Of a stretch of 64,000 nucleotides of DNA, positions 23,946 to 35,631 are shown one piece after another. A program made the translations under genes and the position numbers. Source of the DNA: Felis catus (lineage: Eukaryota). Each line of letters opens with the position of its first letter. Position 1 is the stretch's first letter. Location: positions 95,234,001-95,298,000 of the forward strand of contig NC_058368.1 of the NCBI RefSeq assembly GCF_018350175.1. Direction: 5' to 3'. Under the pieces are notes generated by a model. That model saw only the letters and a list, made by a program, of their open reading frames with translations, was not told the origin of the DNA and did not search any database.

Positions 23946-24499
23946 AAAGAGAAGGTAAACAATCCAAATACAGTAAAAATGAAGCGTCATCAGTAGATTG
24001 TGGCTGGTTACTGTTGCTTGCCCAAGGTTCTTACCTGATGCCAGCTCCTTATTGATGGTTAAACTTAGCCAGAGGGAGATGGGGTGTTAAATGTCTACTA
24101 CCATTTAGTGGAGACTTTCTCCTTAATGTCACTGGAGGCACTGAAAAGGAATTGAAAATGAAAAGGAAAGCAGAGAACAGTTTTCTCACTGTGTATTCAA
24201 CATTTTTTGATGTTCTGTGTCCTATTAAAAACACATGCCACCTTTCTGGCCTAACCATTCTATTTCACATGAACTCAACTCCGTATGAACTCAACATACC
24301 TACTCGGAATGCCCAGAAGGTCACATCCTGACTGTGGGGTGTCCTAAAAGGATGCTCCTGGGCACAGTTTTCTCTACCAGCTGGAGAAAGACTATGCTTG
24401 GGGCCCGAGGCTTTCAGGGCATTGTTTCAGCCTGCTGTGGAGGTAGGTGGTGATTATTGTCTCCTAGATTTCTTTGAGGAATTGTACAGACTTGTGTGT

Positions 24500-24700
24500 C
24501 TTTTTTTTTTTTTTTATTTTCAGAGAGACAGAGAGCACAAGCAGGTGAGGGGCAGAGCGAAGGAAAGACAGAATCCCAAGCAGGTTCCATGCCATCAGCA
24601 CAGAGCCCAATGCTGGGATTGAATTCACAAACCATGGGATCATGACCTGAGCTGAGATCCAGAGTCAGACGCTTAACCGACCGAGCCACCCAGGCGCCCC
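24500..24700 (-). mobile_element. Can-SINE
   Basis: TSD CAGACTTGTGT. Confidence 0.95.
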
Positions 24701-24949
24701 AGACTTGTGTATCTTGTAGAGAAATGTACCTTATAGAAAACACATAGGCATAAGGAAAAGTGGGCTTCTCAAGTGTTCTGCAAACCTTGGTGGGATTACT
24801 TAACCTCCCCACACTTAGATTTCAGCTTCCTGTCAGTCAGAAGGCCGTGGTTCAGATTTTGTTTGCTTATAGAAGATAGAGGCTCCCCATGCTGAGAAAT
24901 GGAGCATTTTGAGAAGGACATCAAGTATCACCTTGAAAACACATCTTGA

Positions 24950-25170
24950 GGGGCGCCTGGGTGGCTCAGTCCGTTAAGCGGCCGACTTCGGCTCAGGTCA
25001 TGATCTCGCGGTCCGTGAGTTCGAGCCCCACGTCGGGCTCTGTGCTGACAGCTCAGAGCCTGGAGCCTGCTTCAGATTCTGTGTCTCCCTCTCTCTCTGA
25101 CCCTCCCCCATTCATGCTCTGTCTCTCTCTGTCTCAAAAATAAATAAACGTTAAAAAAATAAAAAAAAAA
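24950..25170 (+). mobile_element. Young Can-SINE
   Basis: Near-consensus; perfect TSD GAAAACACATCTTGA at 24935-24949 and 25171-25185. Confidence 0.97.
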
Positions 25171-25332
25171 GAAAACACATCTTGATGAAACGCAAATGAC
25201 GATCTAAATGAATCAAACCCAAACGATTAATCACATCATTAACATATCAATCATTAAAAAGTGGATTTGATAAAAAAATCAAATAGAACTGCTCCTGTAC
25301 ATAGGTCAGAAATTCATACATAATGCTGCTTA

Positions 25333-25564
25333 ATTTTTTAAAAATATTTATTTTTGAAAGAGAGAGACAGAGCGCACAGGAGAGGGGCAGAGAGAGAGGG
25401 AGACGCAGAATCCAAAGTAGTCTCCAGGCTCCAGGCTCGAAGCTGTCACCACAGAGCCCGATGTGGGGCTTGAACCCATGAACTGCGAGATCACGAGCTG
25501 GACCGAAGTCAAATGCTTAACCGACTGAGCCCACTCTACCCGCCCCCTGCCCCCCGGTGCCCCC
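25333..25564 (-). mobile_element. Can-SINE with GC-rich insert in head
   Basis: TSD ATAATGCTGCTT. Confidence 0.9.
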
Positions 25565-26897
25565 ATAATGCTGCTTTAAATTGTTTCTGGAACAAAGCAG
25601 ATATAAGTAAACAATAACGATAAAATAGCGATAATCTTGTCCCTTAGTGTAATTTCACATGTTAACGTGAAGAGAAGGACACAAGAAAAGATGCTTCCGT
25701 TTGCTTGGTGAACCCAGTCTGAACACAAGCAGAGAGCGGCATGTAGGTAATACACGGCCACAGTCGCGGTTCCTGGGATCCTTAACTCCTTGCTCAATTG
25801 CTTTCTTAACCTCATGAAAATAAAATCTGGGAGGAAGCAAATCACTTCTAAACACACACAGAGAATTCATCTTCCATGTGCCGGAGAGAGAAATCAAAGA
25901 ACGCCCTGCCGTCCCTTTGCTTTTCGTCAGTTTGAAAAGAATGTACACAAAAAACAAATCTGAACATGCAAAGGGGTTAGCTCATCAAAAAGGAGATCAG
26001 AAGCAATGAGAGAGACTCTCTGCGAAGTACAGGGCGGAGGAGGACCGGGGACTCCGCAAAGAGACAAGTTTGTCATGAGGTGGTGCGGATGGGAGCAAGC
26101 AAATGAGAACACGTTTGCAAAAGGTAGGAGGTTATTGACCAGGTCGCACACTCCCCGAGTTTGGGATTAGGAGGTAAGTCTACCCTTCCGCCCTGTGCCA
26201 GGAGGTGAGGGACCTTCTCTGTCCGCTGAGGTCTCATGCTGAAGGGTCAGCCTTTTTGCGAATTGGCGGTAGTGGGCACTTGGAAAGCTCCCTGTGGTGG
26301 CTCCATTATAAGCAAAACTGTCAAGCGTGTTTTTATTGTATCTCAGTAACCCTTCTCCCTTGGCAGCCTCCCCTTCTGAGTCTCGCTTTACTGCTTTGCT
26401 TACTCCAAAGGGAAGATGCCCCGTTCTCTCTGGATCTGAGCCTGTCGCCTCCCTGCGGCTCAGCCCTCAACGGGAAATATCCAATGCCATGTCCTGGGCG
26501 GAAGGGACTTAGAGTTCAGCCGGACGATGACCTGAGACACCCTGCCTTCAGGTAGGTGGTGGGTGTCCTCGGGAGGGAGCACGGGAGCCGGTCGTGAGCA
26601 GGGGAGCCGATGCTCTGTCTAGAGCGGTCAAGCTGAAGGCACTGCTGGCCTCAGAGCTTGCACAGGAAAGCACTTCTGTGGGGACGCTTCTACCAGCTTC
26701 CACCAGCTCCCAGTTTGAACCCTTGCCAGGTCTGATAAAGAATCTGAGAAAGGCAGTGGAATTAAGGTTTTAATGAATATAACGCAGTGTGCTGCCTGTC
26801 CTCTCCCAGCTCCCACGCCCACTCCTCACCCCTGCAAGGAAAAGGATTTGCACTCCGAAGAGGCAGCCAGTCATCTGAAGTTGAACTAATGTGTGGT

Positions 26898-27080
26898 GGG
26901 CAGCGCCTGGGTGGCTCAGTTGGTTAAGCCTCTGGCCTTTGATTTTGTCTCAGGTCACGATTCCAGAGTCGTGGGATTGAGCCCCGTGTCGGGCTCCATG
27001 CTGAGCGTGGAGCCTGTTTAGGATTCTCTCTCTCCCCGGCTCATGCGTGTTCTCACTCTCAAATTACAATAATAATAGTA
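26898..27080 (+). mobile_element. Can-SINE
   Basis: TSD TAATGTGTGGTGG. Confidence 0.9.
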
Positions 27081-27440
27081 ATGTGTGGTGGAAATATTCA
27101 GGAGAGAAAGGCAGGGTTGTAAAAAAATGGGCACCTTTCAGGTCACCCACCATGGAAAGCAAAGTCACGGAATCGACCCTGAAGTGACACCTTCATTCCC
27201 TGCACTCGTACGGTGGCCGGTGCTCATGGCACCTTTGCTCGCTGATCCCAGAATAACCAGCCCCAGGGCACATTCTGAGCATGGCACTTGTGGTCATTGC
27301 ACTGATTCGCTGGGATTGATAGGGAGTCAAGGCCGGCGGAGAGGCGGTTCCTGGGTAGTCACTGCAGGTGCTGTTGGAGGCTGGGTGAAGGAGGTCCTCG
27401 CAGGTTCCCTCCAGAATCCCTCAGAAGGCCTTGATAATTC

Positions 27441-27650
27441 GGGGCACCCGGGTAGCTCAGTCAGTTGAGCGTATGATTTCGGCTCAGGTCAAGATCTCAT
27501 GGTTTGTGAATGCTAGCCCTGCGTGGTGCTCACTGCTGTCAGCAGTGTCTCCCTCTCTCTCTGCCTCTCCCTCGTTTGCGCTCTCTCTCCCCCCAAAACA
27601 ATAAATTAAGAAGAGGAAGAGGGAGAAGGAGGAGGAGGAGGAGGAGAAGG
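27441..27650 (+). mobile_element. Can-SINE, internally deleted, followed by a (GGA)n tract
   Basis: Head and CT tract present. Confidence 0.85.
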
Positions 27651-27789
27651 CAGCCTTGAACTTTCCAGCACCACCATGGGAGTCTTCTGCTAAGAAATCT
27701 CTTACACTGGAGGCCATGTTGCCAATGGCCCCCAGGCCCCACTGGAAAACTGGATTCCGGTGGTAAGCGTGGTCAGAAAGGCCCGATCT

Positions 27790-27879
27790 GGGATTCGGGA
27801 AGTCTGAATGCTGGTTCCAGTTCCTCCATGTATTAGTTGTGAAACCTTGGTCAAATTACCCAACTCCTCCAGACCTTGA

Positions 27880-27912
<33 letters not shown>

Positions 27913-28010
27913 AAATAGGTCAGAAAAGAGGATTGTTAAGCTCCTATCAGGGTTGTGTGGAGGCTTAAAATGAGATGCTGTAGGTAAAGGGGTTGGGCAA
28001 AGTCCACAAC
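27790..28010 (+). mobile_element. MIR with poly-T expansion
   Basis: TATTAGTTGTGAAACCTTGGTCAAATTACCCAACTCC...GGGTTGTGTGGAGGCTTAAAATGAGATG. Confidence 0.7.
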
Positions 28011-29151
28011 ACTTCACACATGCACAGTTATTTCTCTCTGGCTATTTCCAGATGTCAGGTCAGATGCCGTGGAAAATTGGAAAAGCCTATTCTTGCGAAT
28101 TCCTAGTCTCCTCCTGAATCCAATGGAAAAACAGCAGGCCAATTTTAAACCTATGTATTTCCTATAGTGGAGGTTTTTTAAATGTCAGAATGAAAATTTG
28201 ACTTAACTCCAGCACTTGATGGAAATAAAATGAAGTCTGCAAGCACGTTAAATGCTTAACCTATCATTTTCTTGCTCTTGGGAAATATATATTAAAGAAA
28301 GAAACCCAGCGTGTTGTGTTCTGTTGTCCTGCGTCTATACATAATTAAAGATCTCTTTCACCGTCCAAGATGATTTAAAGTTCAGGGGGAATAAATATCA
28401 CCACTCTGGCAAATGTGCTAAATGCATGTTTTAATAAACTAAATTTACGCTGCCTGGTTCTTGCAAAATTAGGAATTAGACACATACGCTTTCCAGGAAA
28501 AATGGTCAATTTTGCCTGGGTTTCTTCTGGACTAAAACATGACCATGTCCCCAGCGAAGGGACGCGAAAGGAAGCGAAAAGAAACACAAAAAGAGGCTGG
28601 CCTATATTTAGCACTGCTTGATGATCTCGGGGCCAGCTGGCGGTAAAGGGAGAAAAAGGATTTGGACTTTGGGTATAGAGGAAGCCTCAAGACTGCAAGA
28701 CTTAGGAAAAGACCCCATGTTTGGAGGTTTGCAGGTGACATCTATTTTTCTTCCTTGAGTTTGTCTTTGGAATTTCTGAATGCCTTCTGAGGCAACTTTC
28801 CCCTTTCTTTTTCTCAACCAATTAATTCTGCTCAACGCATTTAAAATTTTTGATTTGAAATCAAAGACGTTTCTTTCAGCATTGTGTTTGTCTGTTCAGA
28901 AGAACCTGCAGTTTTAATTATCTGTGGGTTCAGTAGTGATCATCCCCCACGCTTTATGTGATAAGGAGGTCCCTGAAAAGCCAGGCGTATAGTTAAATGT
29001 TGTTGATAGCCGTGTTTTGTGTGCACCAAGAGTCTTCTTTCAAAGCATGGTGAATCCTTTATAAAGAAAATTGTCACTTCCCAGTAATAATTGTTCTTGA
29101 TTTTTTGGTTTTTATAAATATTTATAATAGATTGAAATTGGCAACATGTCT

Positions 29152-29383
29152 GGGGCACCTGGGTGGTGCGTCTGATTCTTGGTTTCGGTTCAGGTCTTGA
29201 TCTCACTGTTTGTGGGTTCGAGCCCCATGTCGGGCTCTGTGCTGACAGCATGGAGCCCGCTCCGATTCTCTCTCCCTCCTCTCCCTGGCTCGCTGTCCCC
29301 TCGCCTCTCTCTCTCTCTGCCCCTCCCTCCCCCTCTCTCTCTCTCGGTCTTTGAAAATAAGTACACTTAATAAATAAATAAAA
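29152..29383 (+). mobile_element. Can-SINE
   Basis: TSD AACATGTCT. Confidence 0.9.
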
Positions 29384-29674
29384 CTGGAAACATGTCTGAA
29401 AAAAGTTGCCAGTGGATAAAAAAGTGTGGCTCAGTAAATACAGATTCTGTTTACAGTGTGGAGTCACCCTGCAGTCATTGCTGGAAAGTGACTGTAGCCT
29501 TTGTTTTAATAAAATACACCAGGTAAGTCCCTGAGGCTGGCTTCTAGCCAGGAGTGGGTGTGTCTGAGCAAAGAGGGCAGAGGCGGTTTTCCAGAAAGAA
29601 CACTGTTTACCTGAATGGCCTGCTTTCCAAGAACCTCAACGCCCAGTCAGTGAGTCTTAGGGAGTGAGCCAATC

Positions 29675-29687
29675 TGTGTGTGTGTGT

Positions 29688-29726
<39 letters not shown>
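29675..29726. repeat. (TG)8(CG)4(CA)14 compound microsatellite
   Basis: Seen directly; 29675-29714 is a perfect palindrome. Confidence 0.95.
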
Positions 29727-30299
29727 TTGTGGGCTTGCCTGTGTGATTGTGTGCACATGCATGAGTGGGCGCACATGGGTCTGTGAGTGTGTGCACCTGC
29801 AGGTGTTTTCTGTGTGACGGTGAGTGGACAGAGGGGCGCAAGCTCTCTTTTTAAAAGTGCTTTTCTTCCCCGAACAGTAACCTACATGTGCAGCTGCAAA
29901 GTTAGTGGCATGTAGGGCAATACTTTTTCTAAAGTGTAATCAGTTCCCACAGTCACAGAATTAGAGAGAAGGAAAGGAAGAAAGAGGACTGATAGGTTTG
30001 GCTGAAGGTAAGTTGCTATGACTTCCATAAACATGAAATCGCCCCATTAAAATGATTATGAATATGATCTAGTCGGGAGAAAAAAAATGTTTGTGTAGAA
30101 CCTTTTCAGGGGCAAGAAAACCTCAATGAGCAGCTCGTATTGATTAGGATACCGTGGCCGGCAGGGGTGGGGGCTGAACGTGGCCTTGGGAGCACAGTTT
30201 CATGCTGTGACGGAAGACGCTAAGCAGTCCTGTGTAAGGCTGATGCTGGGCTTTATGGCACAGGATTCAGAGAGGTTACTCAGCTCATGGTTTTCGGTG

Positions 30300-30470
30300 A
30301 TCTGGGATTTGAATCCCTGGCTCCATCGTTTCCTTGTGCTGGGACTTAGGGCAAGTTGCTAAATTTCCTCTGCTTTCCCGTCTGTAGAATGGGGATACTG
30401 ATACCTTCATCTCGGTGGTGCAGCAAGAAATTAAATGAGAGGTATTGGGATTCGCGAAATGTCTTCTCCA
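30300..30470 (+). mobile_element. MIR
   Basis: GGGATTTGAATCCCTGGCTCC...GGGCAAGTTGCTAAATTTCCTCTG...TCTGTAGAATGGGGATA. Confidence 0.75.
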
Positions 30471-30596
30471 TTCACTTCTCAATTCTATCCTTAGGCTAGT
30501 GGCTTCACAAGCAGTGTATGTCAGAGACTGGGTTCCCTTAGATTAACTGGTTGTCACTCTCCAGTAGGTCCAGTTAGAAAATTGAGAGAGATGATA

Positions 30597-30834
30597 TTTT
30601 TTATTTATTTTTATTTTTAAATATTTGTTAATGTTTATTTTTGAGAGAGAGAGAGAGAGAATGTGAGTGGTGGGGGGGGGGGGGGAGACAGAGAGGGAGA
30701 CACAAAATCAGAAGCTGGCTCCAGGCTCCGAGCTGTCAGCACAGAGCCTGATGCCGGGTTTGAACTCACAAGCTGTGAGATCGTGACCTGAGCTGAAGTC
30801 AGACACTTAACCAACTGAGCCACTCAGGCGCCCC
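30597..30834 (-). mobile_element. Can-SINE
   Basis: First of a tandem pair. Confidence 0.95.
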
Positions 30835-30844
30835 AGAAATGATA

Positions 30845-31052
30845 TAATTTAAAAATGTCTATTTATTTTTGAGAGAGAGAGAGGGGGGCAGAGGGGAGGA
30901 AGGGCAGAGAGAGAGGGAGACAGAGAATCCCAAGCAGGTTCTGCACTGTCAGCATGGAGCCTGATGCAGGGCTCGAACTCATGAACCGTGAGATCAGGAC
31001 CTGAGCGGAAATCAAGAGTCGGACACTTAAGCAACTGAGATAGCCAGGCACC
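30845..31052 (-). mobile_element. Can-SINE
   Basis: Second of a tandem pair. Confidence 0.95.
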
Positions 31053-31319
31053 TTAAAGGAGATGATGTTCTTGAGTCATGGACATCTGTAATCTAATGTG
31101 GATAGGTAAAGAACCATGTAGCCCCAGTGCTGCTTGGGCTGGGTCCAGATGGGTCTCATTCCCAGTGAGTCCACATTTCATCAGTGGTATATAAATAAGG
31201 GGAGGTCAAGAGAGACGGTCACCATAGTTGTAGGATCAGGAGTCCCCACTACTCTGGATTATTCATGTCTAGAGTTCTGTTCTCAGGACAGCTCCTTTGA
31301 CGATGTTCGGCTTTCATGC

Positions 31320-31530
31320 GGCGTAAGGGTTAAGAGTATGCTCTTTGATTCCAGTCCTGGCTCCCAGAGTTACCAGCAAGGTGATCTCACGGAATTACGT
31401 CATCTCTCTGGGCCTCAGTGTCCTCATCTGTAAAATCACAATGATGATGCTTCCCTTATATGGTGGGTGTGAGGATTAAATAAATCAATATATGTAAACT
31501 GGCTGGCTCGTAGCAATGAATAAACATTGG
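31320..31530 (+). mobile_element. MIR
   Basis: CTCTCTGGGCCTCAGTGTCCTCATCTGTAAAAT. Confidence 0.8.
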
Positions 31531-31974
31531 CTTTGGTTGTTCGATGATGATGGTTATAATTGTGGAAAATTCCCTGATGTTGGATTCTGGGCATATCCTT
31601 GGTCTGCTGAATGCATTTGAGAAGATATCGAACGCCGAGGCCTGCGAGCCATTTTGGGATAATGAATCCCACGGTCCAAGAGCCAAAAGAGCTTACAGTT
31701 ACGCAAGCCAACAGCCTTAAAAGTAAAGCCCGGACCAAAGTGAACAGGAAAAAATTACAGGAGAGTCTTGTTTCTTTATGGCATTCTGGCAATATCAGTT
31801 TATATCCTCCTGTGTGCTTGGTGGTGGGGGCGGGGGGGGGGGTAGAAAAAGAATGTTTTTCTATTACTTTCCTCCTTCCAACCTGCCTTCATCTCCACAC
31901 TCAGAGTCAATCAACACATCAGTTATGAATCTTACTGCCAATGAAATGGAGAACATATTTTCCTTTTATAATCA

Positions 31975-32185
31975 AGCTGTATGGTCTAGTGGTTAAAACT
32001 ACATGTTTTGGAATTAACTGCATCTGAGTTTGATTTGAGCTGAATTGATCTCTCTGAGAGTCCGTTTCCCCATCTTTAAAATGGGGGAACGATGGTGCCT
32101 GCCTCGCCGTGCTCTTGTGAGGATTACGTGATAAAATGCAAAGTACACACAGCAGGGCTTGGAGATGACTCATCATTCAATAGGT
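31975..32185 (+). mobile_element. MIR
   Basis: GTTTCCCCATCTTTAAAATGGGG...TTGTGAGGATTACGTGATAAAATGCA. Confidence 0.75.
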
Positions 32186-32367
32186 ATTAATTTCTGCAGC
32201 ATTTTAAAAATCTCACCAAGGGGGCTGTCGCTCTAAAGAGAGGTGGTGAGGTGGCGAAAACCTGGCCACCCCCCCCACACTGGAAAGCCCACAGCTCTCC
32301 TCTGAAAACGCAAAACCCAGGAGGTGTTTCAGGAGGGGGTGTCCTGCCTAGCATGGCTTCCTCCGGG

Positions 32368-32540
32368 TCAGGACCCTTAATTTGCAGGGCCCACTGCAAA
32401 ATGACACTGCTGGGCCTCTTGTTCAAAGAGAAGCTAAGAATTTCAAGATGGCGGCAGCAAAGCCTGAAACCAAGTGTGGGGTCCTGCTGAGCCTGGGAGC
32501 CTGTGAACTGCTCAGGGTGCTTGCCCCAGGCCAGCCCAGG
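32368..32540 (-). mobile_element. MER91A-like hAT-Tip100 MITE
   Basis: AATTTGCAGGGCCCACTGCAAAATGA...TTGTTCAAA...AAGAATTTCAAGATGGCGGCAGCA matches recalled consensus in reverse. Confidence 0.75.
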
Positions 32541-34599
32541 CAAGGAGTGAGGGGGGCGGGGGACGGAGGGACCCTGTCCTAGAAAACATGTGTTAGCTTG
32601 ACTTGGCACAAGAGCCACGTCCAGTTACACCCGTATAGGGACCCCCACTTTATAAACCTGCTTCCTGAGAAGTGTACCCCATGCTGCGTGGCGGGGTGGG
32701 GGCGTGGGGAGGCAAGCCAGTGGCTGCTCATTTGTTCAGCTTTGTTTGCCAAACGCAAAGCCAGCATTTGGGGGCCAGGGTTCTAGAGAGAATTTACAGG
32801 CCCTTTCCAGCGCAGTGCGCTTTACCTAGGGTTAATCCCGGTTTATTAGAGGAGTAGCAAGGACATGAGAAAGACGCCTTGGAAGGGCTCCACGTTGCAG
32901 CCTGGACTCCTCATAAAACGGGCCGTCCCCACCGGTCCCTGGCACCACTTCCCGGGAAACATCAGCCCAAGGAGCCAGAAGCGGGCTCCCTGCCAGTGGA
33001 CGCGCGCTCGCGTCATCGTGCTGTGGTTTCAGCACCAGCGCTGCCTCCCCCTAGAGCTCCCAGGCCTCAAGCAGCAAATTTCTGGCCTGGGATTGAAGGG
33101 AGCAAGGGCCTCGTGGGAGAGTGTGCTGGTAGGTGGCGGGGGTGGGGGTGGGGGGGGGGCTAGGAGGGAAGAGCCCAGGACAGAAGGAGACGGGGCAGAG
33201 CAAGGTAGCTACCAGCCTCCTTGCGAGCAACACTCCCCTGCCCTGCGGCTGCCAAGAGACCTGACAGAGGAGCGGCTCTCCGAACCCCGAGCAAGGATTC
33301 TCTCGTGCGGTTAGCGAGAGCAATTAAAAACAATATGCAGGTTACGGGCGAGAGTAGTGCGTCACGTGATCCAAGGTCCGTTTCAAATTCCGGTGATTGA
33401 TGATGCAGGCGTTCATTCGTGCAGCACGGCTGGCTTCTCAGTTCTCCGTAAGATGGGGTTCCCTCCCCCAGCTGCTCTGCAGGGCCGCACAAATGAAGAA
33501 ACATCCCTGTGCCTCCATCCGCCATCTCGGCACGCAGTGAGCCGACAGGGCCCAGGGCAATTCATCCCCAGTCCTTTCTTGCAGCGTCTGAAGACTTCAT
33601 CCCACAGCTGCATCAGTGAGCTGGTTGTGCTAGTTCAGGGTTACCGGGATCTGAGATCCGGGCGTGTGATTCTGGGTTTGTGTGCCTTGGCAACTTTTCT
33701 AGAGAGGACCGCGCAATCTGTGTAGCACAGAACTGGGAAAATGTGTCTGTGTCCATGACACCTGCTAGGAAATAGGCATCTACACCTCTCTGTGGAAGGG
33801 ACAGCAAGGCATTGGCGGATGGGCAGCGGAAAAAGCTGAACTGGGGCCGTGCCTTCCTCTCCCACCATTGGAGTTTTGTCTCAGGAAAACATCCAGGGGC
33901 TTGTGAAGAATTCTGAATCCAAAAAAAGGAAAAAGAAAAGAAATTTTGCTCCCGCCAGCATGAAGCAGGTGAACATTTCTGAGGCTTTGGGGTTTGCAAG
34001 TTCTGATTTGTTTTTCAGAAATGAGTATCTCGAAAAACATTTTAAGGGAGCTTTGCTCCAAAGATTCTTGCTCCCTTACCACAGAAATTTATGGCTGGCA
34101 TAGATTAGATAAAACCCTTAGAACTGTTGCGAATAAAGACCCCTCAGACCATAACAAACAGGATGAACCTCGGGAAGGTTTGCTTTTAAATCATTCTGTG
34201 ACTGAAAGCTATTTGATAAACTCCCTGACACAAGATAACTGGGAAAAAGAATTCCTTTGGATTGGTTTGAACATCCAAAAATCAAATACCATAGTTTACA
34301 CTTACATTATAAGTAATTTTTTCTTAAAGAGAGAGCAACCAATTATATAATCTGTTCAAATACAAGTGGTGATAAAATGTGTTTTGATATCAGTGTTTGT
34401 CAGAAGGAACACAGTCCATTGCAAAAACAGTTTCCAAGCCAGCCCTCTGGCCCCAGCGTGGTGGTCAAGTTGACCAAACCCACGGGGAGGAGCCGGGGTG
34501 GGCTGTGCCCGATTTATACCCCGAACAGCCAGCTCTCCCGACCTCGGCTTCGGTTGGGCCCTGGAACTGATCCTTTGCAGGGTGGGCAGGGCACAGGAG

Positions 34600-35420
34600 C
34601 ATTTTATTCACGGGTTCGCTGTTCATTTATTTACCTTAGCGTGTAATGATGAACATTTTGATGACCTCTGGTTTTTTTGCTACTATAAACAATGTGAAAG
34701 TGAATAATCCTGTATGTACACCTTTGCACATGGTTTGGATTGATAAACCCTTAGAAAGAGCCAAACTCTTGTTGAGTCCATGGAGCCATGGATTTAAAAC
34801 TGCTAATTTGCCTTCCAGAAAGGTTGGGCCGAGTTATACACCTGCCAGAATTTTATGAGACTACCTATTACCTAACACACACACCAACACAGGGTGCTGC
34901 TCAGCTTCGTGATCTTGATTCGTCTGTTACCTGAAAATGACATCCCGCGTTGGTATTACTTTGCTTTTTTTTTTTAACGTTTATTTTTTGAGAGAGAGCA
35001 CGAGCTAGGGAGGGGTGGAGAGACGGAGACACAGAATCTGAAACAGGCTCCAGTCTCCGAGCTGTCAGCACAAAATCCTACATGGGGCTCGAACTCACAA
35101 ACCGCGAGACCATGACCTGAGCCGGTCTGACGCTTAACCGACTGAGCCACCCAGGTGCCCCACATTTATTTTTCTTGTGAGTAAGGGTGAATATCTTTGT
35201 ACAGGTTAAAGGCCATTTTATCATTTGTTTTGCTGCAAACTCAGTTTACCCTCTCTGTCCTTTTTATTTTTTATTTTTTTGATGGCCCATCTTTTTCTAA
35301 TTTTCAAGAATTCTCCATATATGAAGAAAATTATCACTGTGTCACATAGATTGCAGATCCTTCTCCCAATTTCTCACTTGTCCTGTTACCTTTTTGATGG
35401 TCCTGATGCTTTATTTTACA
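34600..35420 (-). mobile_element. Old L1 fragment (antisense), interrupted by a SINE
   Basis: TTTTTTGCTACTATAAACAATG, CTGCTAATTTGCCTTCCAGAAAGGTTG, TTTCAAGAATTCTCCATATATG. Confidence 0.75.
34965..35161 (-). mobile_element. Can-SINE
   Basis: Reverse element. Confidence 0.95.
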
Positions 35421-35436
35421 ATGCATAAATTTACAT

Positions 35437-35631
35437 TTAAAAAGAAGTGTTTATTTTTGAGAGAGAGAGTGCAAGCAGGGGTAGGGGCAGAGAGAGAGGG
35501 AGACACAGAATCCGAAGCAGGCTCCATACTGTCAGCACAGAGCCCAACGTGGGGCTCGAACTTACTAACCGTGAGATCATGCCCTGAGCCAAAGTCCAAC
35601 ACTTAACCAGACTGAGCCACCCAGGCACCCC
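35437..35631 (-). mobile_element. Can-SINE
   Basis: TSD AAATTTACATTT. Confidence 0.95.

Noticed and set aside
25905..26180. Acceptor at ~25930 paired with a GAG|GTAAGT donor at ~26173
   Set aside because: Stops in all three frames; at most a non-coding exon, with no evidence for one
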